A stretch of 62,506 nt of DNA, filler included, from an uncultured bacterium (lineage in GTDB: Bacteria; CAYJOG01), in NCBI GenBank assembly GCA_964371695.1. It is 9 parts of 9 records of this genome, joined end to end, with 100 filler letters (N's around TTAATTAATTAA, not from the genome) between each part and the next. Parts side by side here need not be neighbours in the genome. Positions count along the whole stretch, not along the records: positions 41,873 to 48,692 come from CAYJOG010000158.1; positions 48,793 to 55,599 come from CAYJOG010000159.1; positions 55,700 to 62,506 come from CAYJOG010000160.1; 6 more parts are not named here. One strand, written 5' to 3'. Shown here in pieces: positions 46,206 to 56,819 of the stretch. Made by a program: the position numbers and the translations under genes. The notes beneath the pieces are model-generated. The model searched no databases. It was not told where the DNA came from and saw nothing but the letters and a program-made list of their open reading frames with translations. Position 1 is the stretch's first letter. Every line of letters begins with the position of its first letter.

Positions 46206-47588
46206 TCAAATCCCCTGCCTCAGCCGCGCCCTGGCGTTTTCGGCTCCCAGGGTCTGGATAATCAGCCATAACCCAGGCCCCCCTTCCATGCCCGCCAGCA
46301 GGTGGCGCAGGCCGTGAAACATCTGGGCGGGCTTCAGCCCTTGTTCGGCTGCGGCCTGTTTCAAGGCGGCCTTGAAGGCCTCTTCACTCTCCCAATGGGC
46401 ATCCTGACTCACCAATGCCAAAATCGCTGGCCGTAATCCCTCGGGCCACTCGGCTTTCCATTCCCCCCCTTGGTGCAGGTGGTCCAACTGCACGGCAAAA
46501 TCTTTCAGCAGTGGTGTGCCCAGCCAGAACTCGCGCACACGGGCCACGGGCCAGTCCCGGATATCCTCCCCCACCCCTTCAAAAACCTTGGCTTGGGACA
46601 TGAGGGCGTTTTCCGGCAAATGCCCCACCAGACGCCGTTGGAAGTGATCCAGATGGTGCAGGTCCACACGGCCACCGCCACGGGCCAGGTGTTTCCAGGG
46701 AGGCAGTTGCGCTGGCAAAAGCTGGCCATCGGGTGAAAAAATCGTTTCCAGTTGTTCGTCCCGTATCAATCCCTCCCCCAGATCCAGGGCATAAAGCAGC
46801 ACGGCTTGGCTCAGGTATCCCTGCTGGCGCAACGCCCCCAACCCCAGGCCCTCCAGCGCCCGCTTGCTCAGCTTGGCCCCGCTGGCGTCTTTAAGCAGCG
46901 GCAGGTGGCCATAGGCGGGAGAGGTGTAGCCGAGCGCCCGCTGCACCAGATGATGCCGGGCGGTGTTGGTGAGGTGGTCCTCGCCCCGCAGCACGTGGGT
47001 GATGCCCATGGCGGCGTCATCCACCACGCCCGCCAGATCAAACAGCACGCGGCCATGGCTGGTGCGAAGCACAAAATCGCCCAGGCCCTGGCGGGGAATG
47101 TGCTGGTGGCCCTTGATCAGATCCTCCCAGGCAGCGTCTTCATCTGGCAGCAGGCCAAACCGCACCACGTTGGGGGGTTCCAGCGGCAGGCCCCGTTCGC
47201 GGCAATGGCCGTCATAACGGGGCGGATGACCAGTGGAAAGCTGGCGTTTTTTCACCAGTTCCAGCCGGTCGGGTGAACAGTCACAGCCATAGGCCCGCCC
47301 CGCCCCGGCCAGTTCCGACAGGGCTTTGTCATAAAGCGCCAGATTTTCACTCTGGCGAAAGCCCGGCGTGGGCGGGGCGTCGTCGAAATCCAGGCCCAGC
47401 CAGGACAGGTTTTCCACGATGTCCTGCTCAAAGGCCGCAGTGCCCCGCTCGGTGTCGGTGTCTTCGATGCGCAGCAGAAAACGCCCGCCCATCTGGCGGG
47501 CCGCCAGCCAGTTCAAGGCCGCCGTGCGGGCGCTGCCCAGGTGAAGCGGCCCCGTGGGACTGGGGGCAAATCGGAGAATGGAGCTCAT
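46206..47588 (-). CDS. gltX: glutamate--tRNA ligase
   Basis: 'RFAPSPTGPLHLG', 'LRIEDTD', 'THVLRGEDH' and 'KLSKR'; anticodon-binding domain present but divergent. Confidence 0.85.
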   Translation of the reverse strand: MSSILRFAPSPTGPLHLGSARTAALNWLAARQMGGRFLLRIEDTDTERGTAAFEQDIVENLSWLGLDFDDAPPTPGFRQSENLALYDKALSELAGAGRAYGCDCSPDRLELVKKRQLSTGHPPRYDGHCRERGLPLEPPNVVRFGLLPDEDAAWEDLIKGHQHIPRQGLGDFVLRTSHGRVLFDLAGVVDDAAMGITHVLRGEDHLTNTARHHLVQRALGYTSPAYGHLPLLKDASGAKLSKRALEGLGLGALRQQGYLSQAVLLYALDLGEGLIRDEQLETIFSPDGQLLPAQLPPWKHLARGGGRVDLHHLDHFQRRLVGHLPENALMSQAKVFEGVGEDIRDWPVARVREFWLGTPLLKDFAVQLDHLHQGGEWKAEWPEGLRPAILALVSQDAHWESEEAFKAALKQAAAEQGLKPAQMFHGLRHLLAGMEGGPGLWLIIQTLGAENARARLRQGI

Positions 47589-47594
47589 CAGCGT

Positions 47595-48404
47595 TTACGG
47601 AAATTCTTTCTTTTCAAAAACCCAAAGCCCCCAGGCCAGAAAAACCGCCACAAACGTAAGGGCATAAACCGTGAGGTGGAAAAAGGGAATCACGGGCAGT
47701 GTGGCGGCCCCCTCCAGAATCACCTGATTCTTGAAGTTCAACCGGCCCAGTTGGGGCACAAAAATCTCCATGACGCGGCCCATGAATTTGTAAAAACCCG
47801 CGTGGGCGTCGGGCTGCCCCAGGCGCTGGGCCATGGCCTGACGGGAGAAAAAGAAGTCCACCGCCGAATCGGCCAGCAGCGTGGTGATGTAAAAAATCAC
47901 GCTCACCATCAGCCCCAGCACCGGAGACGACAGCTGCCCCGAGAGCGTGGCAAAGGCCAGCAGCACCAGCAGTCCCAGAAAAATGCCATAGGCGGCCACC
48001 AGCACCTGGCCATTAAACGGCACCCCCAGCAGCCGCCCCACCACCATCAGGGTAATGGCCCCAGCAAACACCACAAAAGCCATCATGGCGGCCATGCCCA
48101 CAAAACGCCCCAGCACATACACCATGCGACTCAGCGGGCGCGTGAGCAGAAACGCCGCCGAGGGGCTTTCCATTTCACGCGACCAGTTCAGGTGAGCCAT
48201 GTAAAGCGTGCAGAGCAGGGCAGTGAGGTTGATGTACACCAGCCCCAGGTCCAGTGTCACTGCGGCGTCGCGGCCAATGGTGAAGCTGGCCAGCACCCGC
48301 GCCACCAGACACCCCAGGGCCAAAAGCGGCAACACCGCCCAGGGCCAGCGCTCACGCCACAGGCTGAGCACCGTAAAGCGCAATATGCCCACAAATCCCG
48401 TCAT
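47595..48404 (-). CDS. ABC-2 type exporter permease
   Basis: Six TM segments, 'LLTRPLSRMVYVLGRF', C-terminal 'FEKKEF'. Confidence 0.8.
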   Translation of the reverse strand: MTGFVGILRFTVLSLWRERWPWAVLPLLALGCLVARVLASFTIGRDAAVTLDLGLVYINLTALLCTLYMAHLNWSREMESPSAAFLLTRPLSRMVYVLGRFVGMAAMMAFVVFAGAITLMVVGRLLGVPFNGQVLVAAYGIFLGLLVLLAFATLSGQLSSPVLGLMVSVIFYITTLLADSAVDFFFSRQAMAQRLGQPDAHAGFYKFMGRVMEIFVPQLGRLNFKNQVILEGAATLPVIPFFHLTVYALTFVAVFLAWGLWVFEKKEFP

Positions 48405-48692
48405 TGGGCCACCACCTTCAGCAACAGTTCCTCCAGCGTGTCGCGAATGGGGCGCACTTCCAGCACCTCGTTCTGTTCCTGGTTGGCCTGAAGCCAGCCC
48501 AGGAGTTCCTCTCGCTGAAGGGATGTTTTTTCGATGGTGGTGGCGCCCTTCTGGCGATACACCACCTCCAGACCTTCTTTGTAGGGGGCCAGTTCCGCCA
48601 GACTGCCCCGCTGACGAATCTCCCCCTCAGCCATCACAAAAACCTGGGGGCAGATTTCCTCCACGTCACTCAGCACGTGAGAGGAATAAAGC
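48401..48692 (-). CDS. ABC transporter ATP-binding protein, C-terminal fragment
   Basis: H-loop 'SSHVLSDVEEIC' and 'TLEELLL'. Confidence 0.8.
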
Positions 48693-48792
48693 NNNNNNNN
48701 NNNNNNNNNNNNNNNNNNNNNNNNNNNNNNNNNNNNTTAATTAATTAANNNNNNNNNNNNNNNNNNNNNNNNNNNNNNNNNNNNNNNNNNNN

Positions 48793-49018
48793 CCACCGGC
48801 AGGCGGCCGGGGACGATGCCAGGGCTGACCCAGACCTCGTCAAAACCCGGCGCAACCAGGGCGCTCAGCGCGCCGCCATAATGCACACCGGCGGGCAGGT
48901 CGGCGGGGGCGTTGTCGTCAAAAACCGTCACACGGGCCTGCCCAGACAGGGCGTGGGCGGCCAGCGCCCGGCCCGATTTGCCAAAGCCCGCGACGGCGAT
49001 GTTTTTGCCCAGCCCCAT
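48793..49018 (-). CDS. murD: UDP-MurNAc-L-Ala--D-Glu ligase, N-terminal fragment
   Basis: 'IAVAGFGKSG' and 'VSPGI'; follows mraY. Confidence 0.85.
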
Positions 49019-49956
49019 CACGCCCACCACAACGTCACCACCGACATCAGCAGGCCCGCCATCCAGAACCGCACCACCACGGCGGTTTCGTGCAGTCCCG
49101 CCTTTTCGAAATGATGATGCAGGGGACTCATGCGAAAGATGCGTTTTTTGAACAGACGAAAACTGGCCACCTGCAACATCACGCTCAGGGCCTCAGCCAC
49201 ATACACCAGCCCCAGCACCGGCAGATACCACGCCAGCCCCTGTTTGAGGCACCACGCCGCCAGAAACACACCCAGAAAAAGGCTGCCCGTGTCGCCCATG
49301 AAAATGCGGGCGGGGTGGACGTTGAGCAGCAAAAATCCCCCCACCGCGCCAGCCACCACCGGCAGCATCCAGCCCAGGGACTGTTTTTCGGCGGCAAAGC
49401 TGTGCAGGGCAAACAGCGTGGTGAGCGACAGCAGCATCAGGCCGCCCAGCAGGCCGTCCAGGCCATCGGTGAGGTTCACCGCGTTGCTCGCCCCGGTGAT
49501 GACCAAGAGCGTAAAGGGCACAATCAGCCAGCCCATTTTCCACACACCCAAACCAAACGGCAGCGTCTGCACCGCGCCGCCAGAGGCCAGCAGGTGCAGG
49601 CCGAACAAAACCGACGCCACGGTGAGCACCCCCATTTTCACCCGCGCCTTCAGCCCCCGGCGGTCGCGGCCCGACACCTTCAGCCAGTCATCCGCCGCCC
49701 CCAGGGCCGCGCCCACCAGCGACATCACCACCACCCACCACGCGCCACTCTGTCGCGCCATCACCAGCGCCGCCAGGGCAAACACCATCACAAACGCCAG
49801 GCCCCCCATGCTGGGGGTTTTCTGTTTTTTCAGATGGGTGGCGGGGCCGTCTTCGCGGATGGCCTGATGCAGCGCCCGCTGGTTGAACCACCTGATGAGC
49901 CAGTTCACCAGCACAAATGAAAGCGCCATGGCCATGAGAAACACACCCGCCTTCAT
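49018..49956 (-). CDS. mraY: phospho-MurNAc-pentapeptide transferase
   Basis: 'KTPSMGG', 'NAVNLTDGLDGL', 'FMGDTGS' and 'MSPLHHHFE'. Confidence 0.96.
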   Translation of the reverse strand: MKAGVFLMAMALSFVLVNWLIRWFNQRALHQAIREDGPATHLKKQKTPSMGGLAFVMVFALAALVMARQSGAWWVVVMSLVGAALGAADDWLKVSGRDRRGLKARVKMGVLTVASVLFGLHLLASGGAVQTLPFGLGVWKMGWLIVPFTLLVITGASNAVNLTDGLDGLLGGLMLLSLTTLFALHSFAAEKQSLGWMLPVVAGAVGGFLLLNVHPARIFMGDTGSLFLGVFLAAWCLKQGLAWYLPVLGLVYVAEALSVMLQVASFRLFKKRIFRMSPLHHHFEKAGLHETAVVVRFWMAGLLMSVVTLWWA

Positions 49957-51338
49957 GCCGCCTGCTCCTTGATACCATCCACCAGCGCGTGTAATCCCAC
50001 CCCGTGGCTCGACTTGATGAGAACCAGCGCCGGGTCTGCAGCCTTCAGCAGATTCACCAGTGGCTTGACCAGCGCCGAAGGATTTTCTTCGTGCAGCAGC
50101 ACGCCGTCATAACCCGACTGAAACAGCTCGTCGGCCAAAGCGGCCATATGTTGCCCCGCCAGAAAAACCGCCTGCGGACTGGCCGCCAGCACCAGCGGGG
50201 CCAGCCCCCGGTGATAACTTTCGCTGTCTTCTCCCAGCTCCAGCATGTCGCCCAAAAGCAGCAGGCGGCGTCCCCCGCCGGGCAGGGCGGCCACAATGCG
50301 CAGGGCCTCGGCCATGCTTTCGGGGCTGGCGTTGTAGGCGTCGTTGATCAGCCGGTGGCGGCCCGCCGACACCAGCGCCACGCGCTCGGCCACACCGGCG
50401 AAAGTCCCGATTTCGGGCAGAATTTCTTCCAGCGCGAGGCCCAGTTCCAGACACACACGCACCGCCAGCAAAAGATTGTCCAGTTGCCCCAGCGCCCATT
50501 GGCGCAGGCGCAGTTTTTCAGACCATCCGCGGTGATGCAGGGTGAACACCGTGCCGCCTTCGGTCAGCAGCGTCACGTCACTCACCCAAAGGTCCGTGCC
50601 CTCTCCCACCAGCGACAGACGGGCCTGTGCGGCTTTTTCCAGCAGCGGGCGATTTTGCACCAGCGCCGGAAAAATCGCCACGCCTTCGGGCGGCAACGAT
50701 TCCAGCAGTTCGGCCTTGGCGCTGGCCACGTTTTGCGCGCCGCCCAGTTCGCCAGCGTGGGCGCTGCCCACCGCCGTGATCACGCCCACCGTGGGCTGGC
50801 TGATGCCACAGAGCAGGCGAATCTGCCCCAGCCCCCGCATGCCCATTTCCATCACCACCACCTCGGTGGCGGGTGTGCCGGACAACCACGTTTGCGTCAC
50901 GCCCAGTTCGTTGTTGTGGTTTTTGAGATTGGTGAGCAGCACAAAATGGGGCGTGAGCAGATGCCGCAGCCATTCCTTGGCGGTGGTTTTGCCGTGGCTG
51001 CCGGTGATCCCCACCACCGGGCCGGCAAAATCACGCCGCTCGGCCCCCGCCAGCGCCATCAGCGCCAGCAGCGTGTCGCTCACCCGCACAAAATGCGCGT
51101 GGCGCGGCCAGCGGGCGGGTTTCTCACACTGGGCCAGCACACCGCAGGCCCCCGCCGCCACCGCCTGCTGCATAAAAGCATGGCCATCAAAATTCGGCCC
51201 CTGCAGACAGGCAAAAAAATCTCCCGGCCTTATGGCGCGGGTGTCGGTGCAGACCATGGATACATGAGCGAGTTTGCCCTGCTGCAACAACTGGCCGCCA
51301 GTGATGGCGGTGATTTCCTCAATGTTCCTGGGCCTCAC
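49953..51338 (-). CDS. murF: UDP-MurNAc-tripeptide--D-Ala-D-Ala ligase
   Basis: 'GITGSHGKTT', 'NNELG', 'EMGM' and 'INDAYNASPES', 'LGDMLELG'. Confidence 0.94.
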   Translation of the reverse strand: MRPRNIEEITAITGGQLLQQGKLAHVSMVCTDTRAIRPGDFFACLQGPNFDGHAFMQQAVAAGACGVLAQCEKPARWPRHAHFVRVSDTLLALMALAGAERRDFAGPVVGITGSHGKTTAKEWLRHLLTPHFVLLTNLKNHNNELGVTQTWLSGTPATEVVVMEMGMRGLGQIRLLCGISQPTVGVITAVGSAHAGELGGAQNVASAKAELLESLPPEGVAIFPALVQNRPLLEKAAQARLSLVGEGTDLWVSDVTLLTEGGTVFTLHHRGWSEKLRLRQWALGQLDNLLLAVRVCLELGLALEEILPEIGTFAGVAERVALVSAGRHRLINDAYNASPESMAEALRIVAALPGGGRRLLLLGDMLELGEDSESYHRGLAPLVLAASPQAVFLAGQHMAALADELFQSGYDGVLLHEENPSALVKPLVNLLKAADPALVLIKSSHGVGLHALVDGIKEQAA

Positions 51339-52819
51339 CGGCGGGCCTCCAGCACGCGGCGGGCCACTTCGGCGTCATCAAAATGAAGGGTGCGGTCGCG
51401 GAAGATCTGCTCGGTTTCGTGTCCCTTGCCCGCCAGCACCACCATGTCGCCGGGTTTGGCCATGGCAATGGCGGCGGCGATGGCCTCCTGGCGGTCGGCC
51501 ACCACAGTGCGGCGGCGTTTTTGGGACATGCCCGCTTCGATGTCTTTCAGAATGGCCTGCGGGTCTTCAGAGCGCGGGTTGTCGCTGGTGAGCACCACGT
51601 GATCGGCCAGTTCCTCGGCCACCTGGCCCATGAGGGGGCGTTTGCTTTTGTCGCGGTCGCCGCCACACCCCAGCAGCACAATCAGGCGACGGGGGTTCAT
51701 GGCGCGGGCGCTGCTGAGAACATTTTCAACACCGGCAGGCGTGTGGGCGTAATCCACCACCACCCAGAAATCCTGACCCGCCACCACCGGTGCAAACCGC
51801 CCCGGCACGCCTTCAAAATCTGCAAAAAACCCGATGGCCCGCTGCATGGACACACCCATCACACCATGCAACACCGCCAGGGCAGCCAGGGCGTTCTGGG
51901 CGTGAAACAGCGCCAGCACCGGCAGCGTGACGGCGTGGGTTTCGCCCCCGTGCGCGAAAGAAAACGCCATGCCCGCGTGAGAGGGCCGGGCCTGAAGCAG
52001 TCTGTAATCCGCCCGGGGGTGCGCGCCAAACGTGATGGCCAGCGGCCCCATCAGACGCACCAGCCGCTGGCCCCAGGGGCAGTCCAGATTGATGACGCCG
52101 GGCCGCCCGGCGGGTTTGAGAAACTCGCTGAACAACAGACGCTTGGCCGCAAAATATCGGGCCAGCGTGCCGTGAAAATCCAGGTGGTCCTGCGTGAGAT
52201 TGGTGAACACGCCAGCGTGAAACGGCACACCGGCCACACGCTTCAGCGCCAGGGCGTGGCTGGAAACTTCCATGGCCACGTGGCGGATTTTTTTCTCCAC
52301 GCACCGCGCCAGCAGCCCCTGCAGGTCAAGGGATTCCGGCGTGGTGTGACGCACCGAGAGCACGTCGTCGCCGATGCGGTTGACGATGGTGCCAAAAAGC
52401 GCGCTCTTTTGGCTGATGGCGTGGAGGCAGTGGTGCAGCATGTAGGTGGTGCTGGTTTTGCCGTTGGTGCCCGTCACCCCCACCACCTGCAATTTTTTGC
52501 CCGGCTCACCAAAAAACCGGCTGCCGATGTGGGCGAGCGCGAGGCGCGCATCGGGCGTGAACACCACACACACGCTGTCCCCCACCGTGGCGGCCAGCTT
52601 TTTAAGCGGGCTGCGGCGGTCGCCCACCACCACTGCCGCGCCACGGGCCACGGCCTCGGCGATGTAATCGTGACCATCGGTTTTGTATCCCCGAATGGCC
52701 ACAAACACGTCCCCCGCCCCCACCTCGCGGCTGTCATATCGCACACCCTGCACCACCACCTGTGGGCGACCGCCCAGCATTTCGCTGGGCAGGCCGCTCA
52801 ACAGATGGCCGAGCTTCAC
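51335..52819 (-). CDS. murE: UDP-MurNAc-dipeptide--meso-DAP ligase
   Basis: 'GVTGTNGKTS', 'MEVSSH', 'DYAHTP' and DAP-specificity motif 'DNPR'. Confidence 0.95.
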   Translation of the reverse strand: MKLGHLLSGLPSEMLGGRPQVVVQGVRYDSREVGAGDVFVAIRGYKTDGHDYIAEAVARGAAVVVGDRRSPLKKLAATVGDSVCVVFTPDARLALAHIGSRFFGEPGKKLQVVGVTGTNGKTSTTYMLHHCLHAISQKSALFGTIVNRIGDDVLSVRHTTPESLDLQGLLARCVEKKIRHVAMEVSSHALALKRVAGVPFHAGVFTNLTQDHLDFHGTLARYFAAKRLLFSEFLKPAGRPGVINLDCPWGQRLVRLMGPLAITFGAHPRADYRLLQARPSHAGMAFSFAHGGETHAVTLPVLALFHAQNALAALAVLHGVMGVSMQRAIGFFADFEGVPGRFAPVVAGQDFWVVVDYAHTPAGVENVLSSARAMNPRRLIVLLGCGGDRDKSKRPLMGQVAEELADHVVLTSDNPRSEDPQAILKDIEAGMSQKRRRTVVADRQEAIAAAIAMAKPGDMVVLAGKGHETEQIFRDRTLHFDDAEVARRVLEARR

Positions 52820-54594
52820 CGCTTCACCTTCTGCAACGCCAGAGAAGCCTCTTTTTTGTCGGGGGCGATCTTGAAATAAAACGCCATGTCCTCGGCGATT
52901 TTGCGAAACACCGGCGCGGCCACCACGCCGCCATAACCCGATCCGCTGGGTTCGTCCACCGTCACCACAATCACGTATTCAGGCCGCGTGGCGGGGAAAA
53001 ACCCTGCAAAACTGCCGATGTAACGGCTCTCATAACCCCGCCCACCCGCCCGCACCTTGCGGGTGGTGCCGGTTTTGCCCCCCACGTGGTGGCTCACCAG
53101 CATGGCCGATTTGCCCGTGCCCTCTTCGGCGGCGGCCATGAGATATTTCCGCAAAAGCGCCGCTGTTTTTTCGCTCATCACGCGGCGGGGCGCCTGGGGT
53201 TTGGGCAGATTTTTGGCCTTGGCCTTGGGGCTGAAGGGCGACCACGGCCCCACCTGTTTCACCAGACTCAGGGGCATCAGCACACCGCCGTTGGCGATGG
53301 CGGCGTAGGCGCGGGCCACTTGCAGCGGCGTCACGCCAATGCCGTGGCCATAACTCAGGGTGGCGACCTGGATTTTCTTCCAGCCGCCTTTTTCGGTATA
53401 GGGCCACAGGCCGGGAGATTCATAGGCCAGTTCCAGACCCGTGGGTGAATCAAACCCATAGGCCCGCAGATATTTTTCCAGCACCGGCGCGCCGATGTGA
53501 AACCCCACGTGGGCCGCCCCGGTGTTCAGGGATTTCTCCAGAATCGTCCCCAGCGTCACCATGCCATAGGATTTTTCGTGCGAGTCCTTGATGATGTGTT
53601 TGCCCACCTGCATGCGACCGGGGCTGGGGAAACGGTCCTCCGGTTTCACCAGGCCGCTGTCCAGCGCCGCTGTGGCCAGAATGGTTTTGAACACGCTGCC
53701 CGGCTCATACACGTCGGTGAGCAATCGGTTGCGGCGGCCATCGGCCTTGACGGCCCGCGCGCCCGCCGGGTTGATGCGCGGCACACTGGCCATGGCCAGC
53801 ACACGGCCCGTGGCAGCCTGCACCACCACGGCGTTGGCTCCCTTGGCGTGATAGTCATTCACCATTTCCTGCAAATGAAGTTCGGCGCTGTGCTGCACAA
53901 AGGCGTCCAGGTTCAGCCGCACATCCAGACCCGACCGGGGGCTGCGCACCACCCGCACCGAGCCGGGAATCACCTGCCCCCGGCCATCCCGCTTCATTTC
54001 CACGCGGCCTTCGCGGCCCTTCATGGCTTCTTCGAACTGAAGCTCCAGCCCTTCCAGCCCCTGGTTGTCCACGCCCGTGAACCCCAGCAGGTGACCCGCC
54101 AGACTGCCCTTGGGATAAACCCGCCGCTCGCTCTGCACCACGGGCAACTCCCGCACCGTGCTGCGAAACCGGCCCCCCTCGGACTTGATGAAAGGCAGGC
54201 GGGCCGGGTCCTGATTGCGGGCCACCCAATAGAACCGTTTGCCGGATTCAAAGTTTCGGAGGAACTCTCCTTTTTTCGCGTCCTTCACACTGGCGATGCG
54301 CGAAAAAGCCCGCTGTGCATCGGCGAGGGTGGGAATGATCCGGGCGTCGCCATAAAGGCTCACGGCGGCCACGTTGCCCGCCAGCACCCGGTCCCGGGCA
54401 TCCAGCACACGGCCCCGGCCCAGGTGAATCACGTCCACCCGCTCGCGCTGGGCGTCGGCCTTGGCCCGCAGGGTGCGGGCATCCACCACCGTCAGGCGCA
54501 ACAGGTGAATCCCCAGATACACAAACCCCGCCAGCAGCACAACAAACAGGTGAAAATCCCTGTCGTGACGGTTGGGGCCTGGCTGCCGGCTCAC
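52816..54594 (-). CDS. ftsI: class B penicillin-binding protein FtsI/PBP3
   Basis: SxxK 'EPGSVFK', 'SLN' and 'GKTGT'; position in the dcw cluster. Confidence 0.9.
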   Translation of the reverse strand: MSRQPGPNRHDRDFHLFVVLLAGFVYLGIHLLRLTVVDARTLRAKADAQRERVDVIHLGRGRVLDARDRVLAGNVAAVSLYGDARIIPTLADAQRAFSRIASVKDAKKGEFLRNFESGKRFYWVARNQDPARLPFIKSEGGRFRSTVRELPVVQSERRVYPKGSLAGHLLGFTGVDNQGLEGLELQFEEAMKGREGRVEMKRDGRGQVIPGSVRVVRSPRSGLDVRLNLDAFVQHSAELHLQEMVNDYHAKGANAVVVQAATGRVLAMASVPRINPAGARAVKADGRRNRLLTDVYEPGSVFKTILATAALDSGLVKPEDRFPSPGRMQVGKHIIKDSHEKSYGMVTLGTILEKSLNTGAAHVGFHIGAPVLEKYLRAYGFDSPTGLELAYESPGLWPYTEKGGWKKIQVATLSYGHGIGVTPLQVARAYAAIANGGVLMPLSLVKQVGPWSPFSPKAKAKNLPKPQAPRRVMSEKTAALLRKYLMAAAEEGTGKSAMLVSHHVGGKTGTTRKVRAGGRGYESRYIGSFAGFFPATRPEYVIVVTVDEPSGSGYGGVVAAPVFRKIAEDMAFYFKIAPDKKEASLALQKVKR

Positions 54595-54968
54595 GGCGTG
54601 GTCTCTAGGCTGTCATCCACGTTGTTCACCGCCACAGCGCCGTCGGGGGGGTCCGATTTTTCGATGTAAACCACCCGCACCGGGCGCACCATGCTCAACT
54701 GGCGGCGGGCTTCTGTCTCGATGCGATCGGGGCTTTCCAGTTGGGCGATGTGAATGCGCGCCGTCTGGATATCCTGGCGGGCCTGGGCGATGCCCTGTCT
54801 CGCCTGGCTCAGCTCAAACTCGCTTTCCACCACCTGACCGTGCAGATGCACCTGCAACAGGCCCATCATGCCCACCAGGCTGATGCCCAGCAACATGCGG
54901 AACCATGTGACTTGTTGCTGCCGCTGACGGCGGCGGGCGGATTGAGGGCGGGGGGCATAGGCATTCAT
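54591..54968 (-). CDS. ftsL: cell division protein FtsL
   Basis: TM plus coiled coil and 'LESPDRIETEARRQLSM'; lies between rsmH and ftsI. Confidence 0.8.
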   Translation of the reverse strand: MNAYAPRPQSARRRQRQQQVTWFRMLLGISLVGMMGLLQVHLHGQVVESEFELSQARQGIAQARQDIQTARIHIAQLESPDRIETEARRQLSMVRPVRVVYIEKSDPPDGAVAVNNVDDSLETTP

Positions 54969-55599
54969 GAGGGAAGCTCCTGTTCTGGGGTGGCGGATGA
55001 GGATGTGGTGTCTTTTTCGAAAATACGCAGCAGTGCGCTTTTGGCGCGGGGGTTGACGGCGGTTTCTTCTTTGCTTGGCTTGACGGCTTTTTTGCTCAGC
55101 ACGCGCCCCAGGCCGCGAGACTGAAAATCCTTGAAGGCCAGCTTGACCATCCGGTCTTCAATGGAGTGAAACGTGATGACCAGCAGGCGGCCTTTTTCGC
55201 CCAGCACACGCAGGGCTTCTTCCAGCGCCAGAGAAAGGGTTTCCAGTTCGTTGTTCACCACAATGCGCAGGGCCTGAAACACGCGGCGGATTTTTCCCGA
55301 AGCGCGGGGCGGGTTGGGGTCGTAACGGCGAATGAGCGCCACCAGCCACTGGCTGGTGATTTCGTCCAGGGCCGGGAGTTCCTTTTTGATCAGCCGGGCG
55401 ATGCGCCGGGCGTGGGGTTCCTCCCCATATTCCGCCAACCAAAAAGCCAACTCCGCCTCATCAGCCCGCACCAGCAGGTCCGCAGCCGAGGGGCCTACCC
55501 CCTCGCTCAGGCGCATGTCCAACGCACCGGGCCGGTCATAACTCAAACCGGAGACAGTCTCCAACTGTCCGCTGTGATAACCCAGGTCCAGCAGAATGC
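54965..55599 (-). CDS. rsmH: 16S rRNA m4C methyltransferase RsmH (5' truncated)
   Basis: 'LDMRL', 'FQALRIVVNNEL', 'ITFHSIEDRMVK' and 'NPRAKSA'. Confidence 0.93.
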
Positions 55600-55699
55600 N
55601 NNNNNNNNNNNNNNNNNNNNNNNNNNNNNNNNNNNNNNNNNNNTTAATTAATTAANNNNNNNNNNNNNNNNNNNNNNNNNNNNNNNNNNNNNNNNNNNN

Positions 55700-56516
55700 G
55701 CTCATAGGGGTCGCCAAACAGGAAACGCACGGGAAAAGACCGCTCCGTGCCCCCCATCAGAATCAGTCGCGCCTTCACCTTGCCCGCCTCGATCACCACC
55801 TCCCTGGGCCAGTCGTCAGACACCACCACGGTGTGGTCCATGGCGGGCGCGTGGGGCAGTTCCCGCAAAAGCGTGGCCTGCACCTCGCCCAGAAAACCAC
55901 GCCCCTGGGTCATCAGGGCCTCGTGCCGTTTGAGCGACAAGCGCCTGAGGGCCAGTGTGTTCTGTTCCATCACCCTGAGCAGGTGCAGGTTTTTGATCTG
56001 CCCCCCCAGTTGTCCCAGCACGGGCAAACCCCGGTAAACCGTGGCGGGATTGCCCGACACGGCAAAAAGCACGTCCTGGGGTGCGCCCAGCACGCCCGGA
56101 TGCACCACCCGCACCGCCAGCACACGGAACAGTCCCGCCTGAAGCAGCTTTTCGCTCACCGTGCCCGCCAACATGCCCTTGCCCGATTCCCGCGCCCGCA
56201 CACCACACACCACCAGTTGCTCCGACCCCTTGGGCAACACGGCGCACAGCGTGGCGGCCACCGTGCCCAGGCAGGCATGCTGGCGGACCGCCACCTCCAG
56301 GCCCAGCAACCCGGCTTCGGTTTTCAGCGCGGCCACACGGGGGGCAAAACCCGCCTCGTTCAGGCCGCCATCCAGCACACAATGCACCGTGATCCGGCGG
56401 GGAACACTGCCCAAAGCCAGATGAAACGCATATCGGGCGATCCAGTCGCCATTCATGGAGCCGTCATAGGCCAGATGCACCGACAGTGCGGACATGCTTG
56501 ATAGTTTAGAACTCAT
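55700..56516 (-). CDS. tandem universal stress protein (USP)-like protein (3' truncated)
   Basis: 'HLAYDGS', 'GTVSEKLL' and second domain 'LILMGGTERS'. Confidence 0.75.
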
Positions 56517-56819
56517 CTCATAAATCCATCCATGGATTTATTCGAACGCCGTGGCCGGAAGTAAAATCCGGCCACGAGCGCGAAAACCTGCGGGTTAATA
56601 ACCCTCCGGTTTTCGGCGCAGGTCTTCCTGACCTGCCAGAAGCCATCTTTTTGATATTTATGCGACGGCTTCCAATGCCTGAGCAAACGGGTGGGGCGGT
56701 TGGGCGGTTTGCCAGACAATCCCGTGTCATTTGATGTTTTTTTTATGCGGGCAAGGCAATCCTTTACCCCACTTTGATGTCAAAGGCGCGATATTCCTTT
56801 ATCAGAAGGAGGAATCGTC

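Noticed and set aside
56520-56800. c-di-AMP (ydaO) riboswitch upstream of kdp
   Set aside because: Conserved ydaO sequence blocks were not found by eye; reported instead as an unassigned structured leader.
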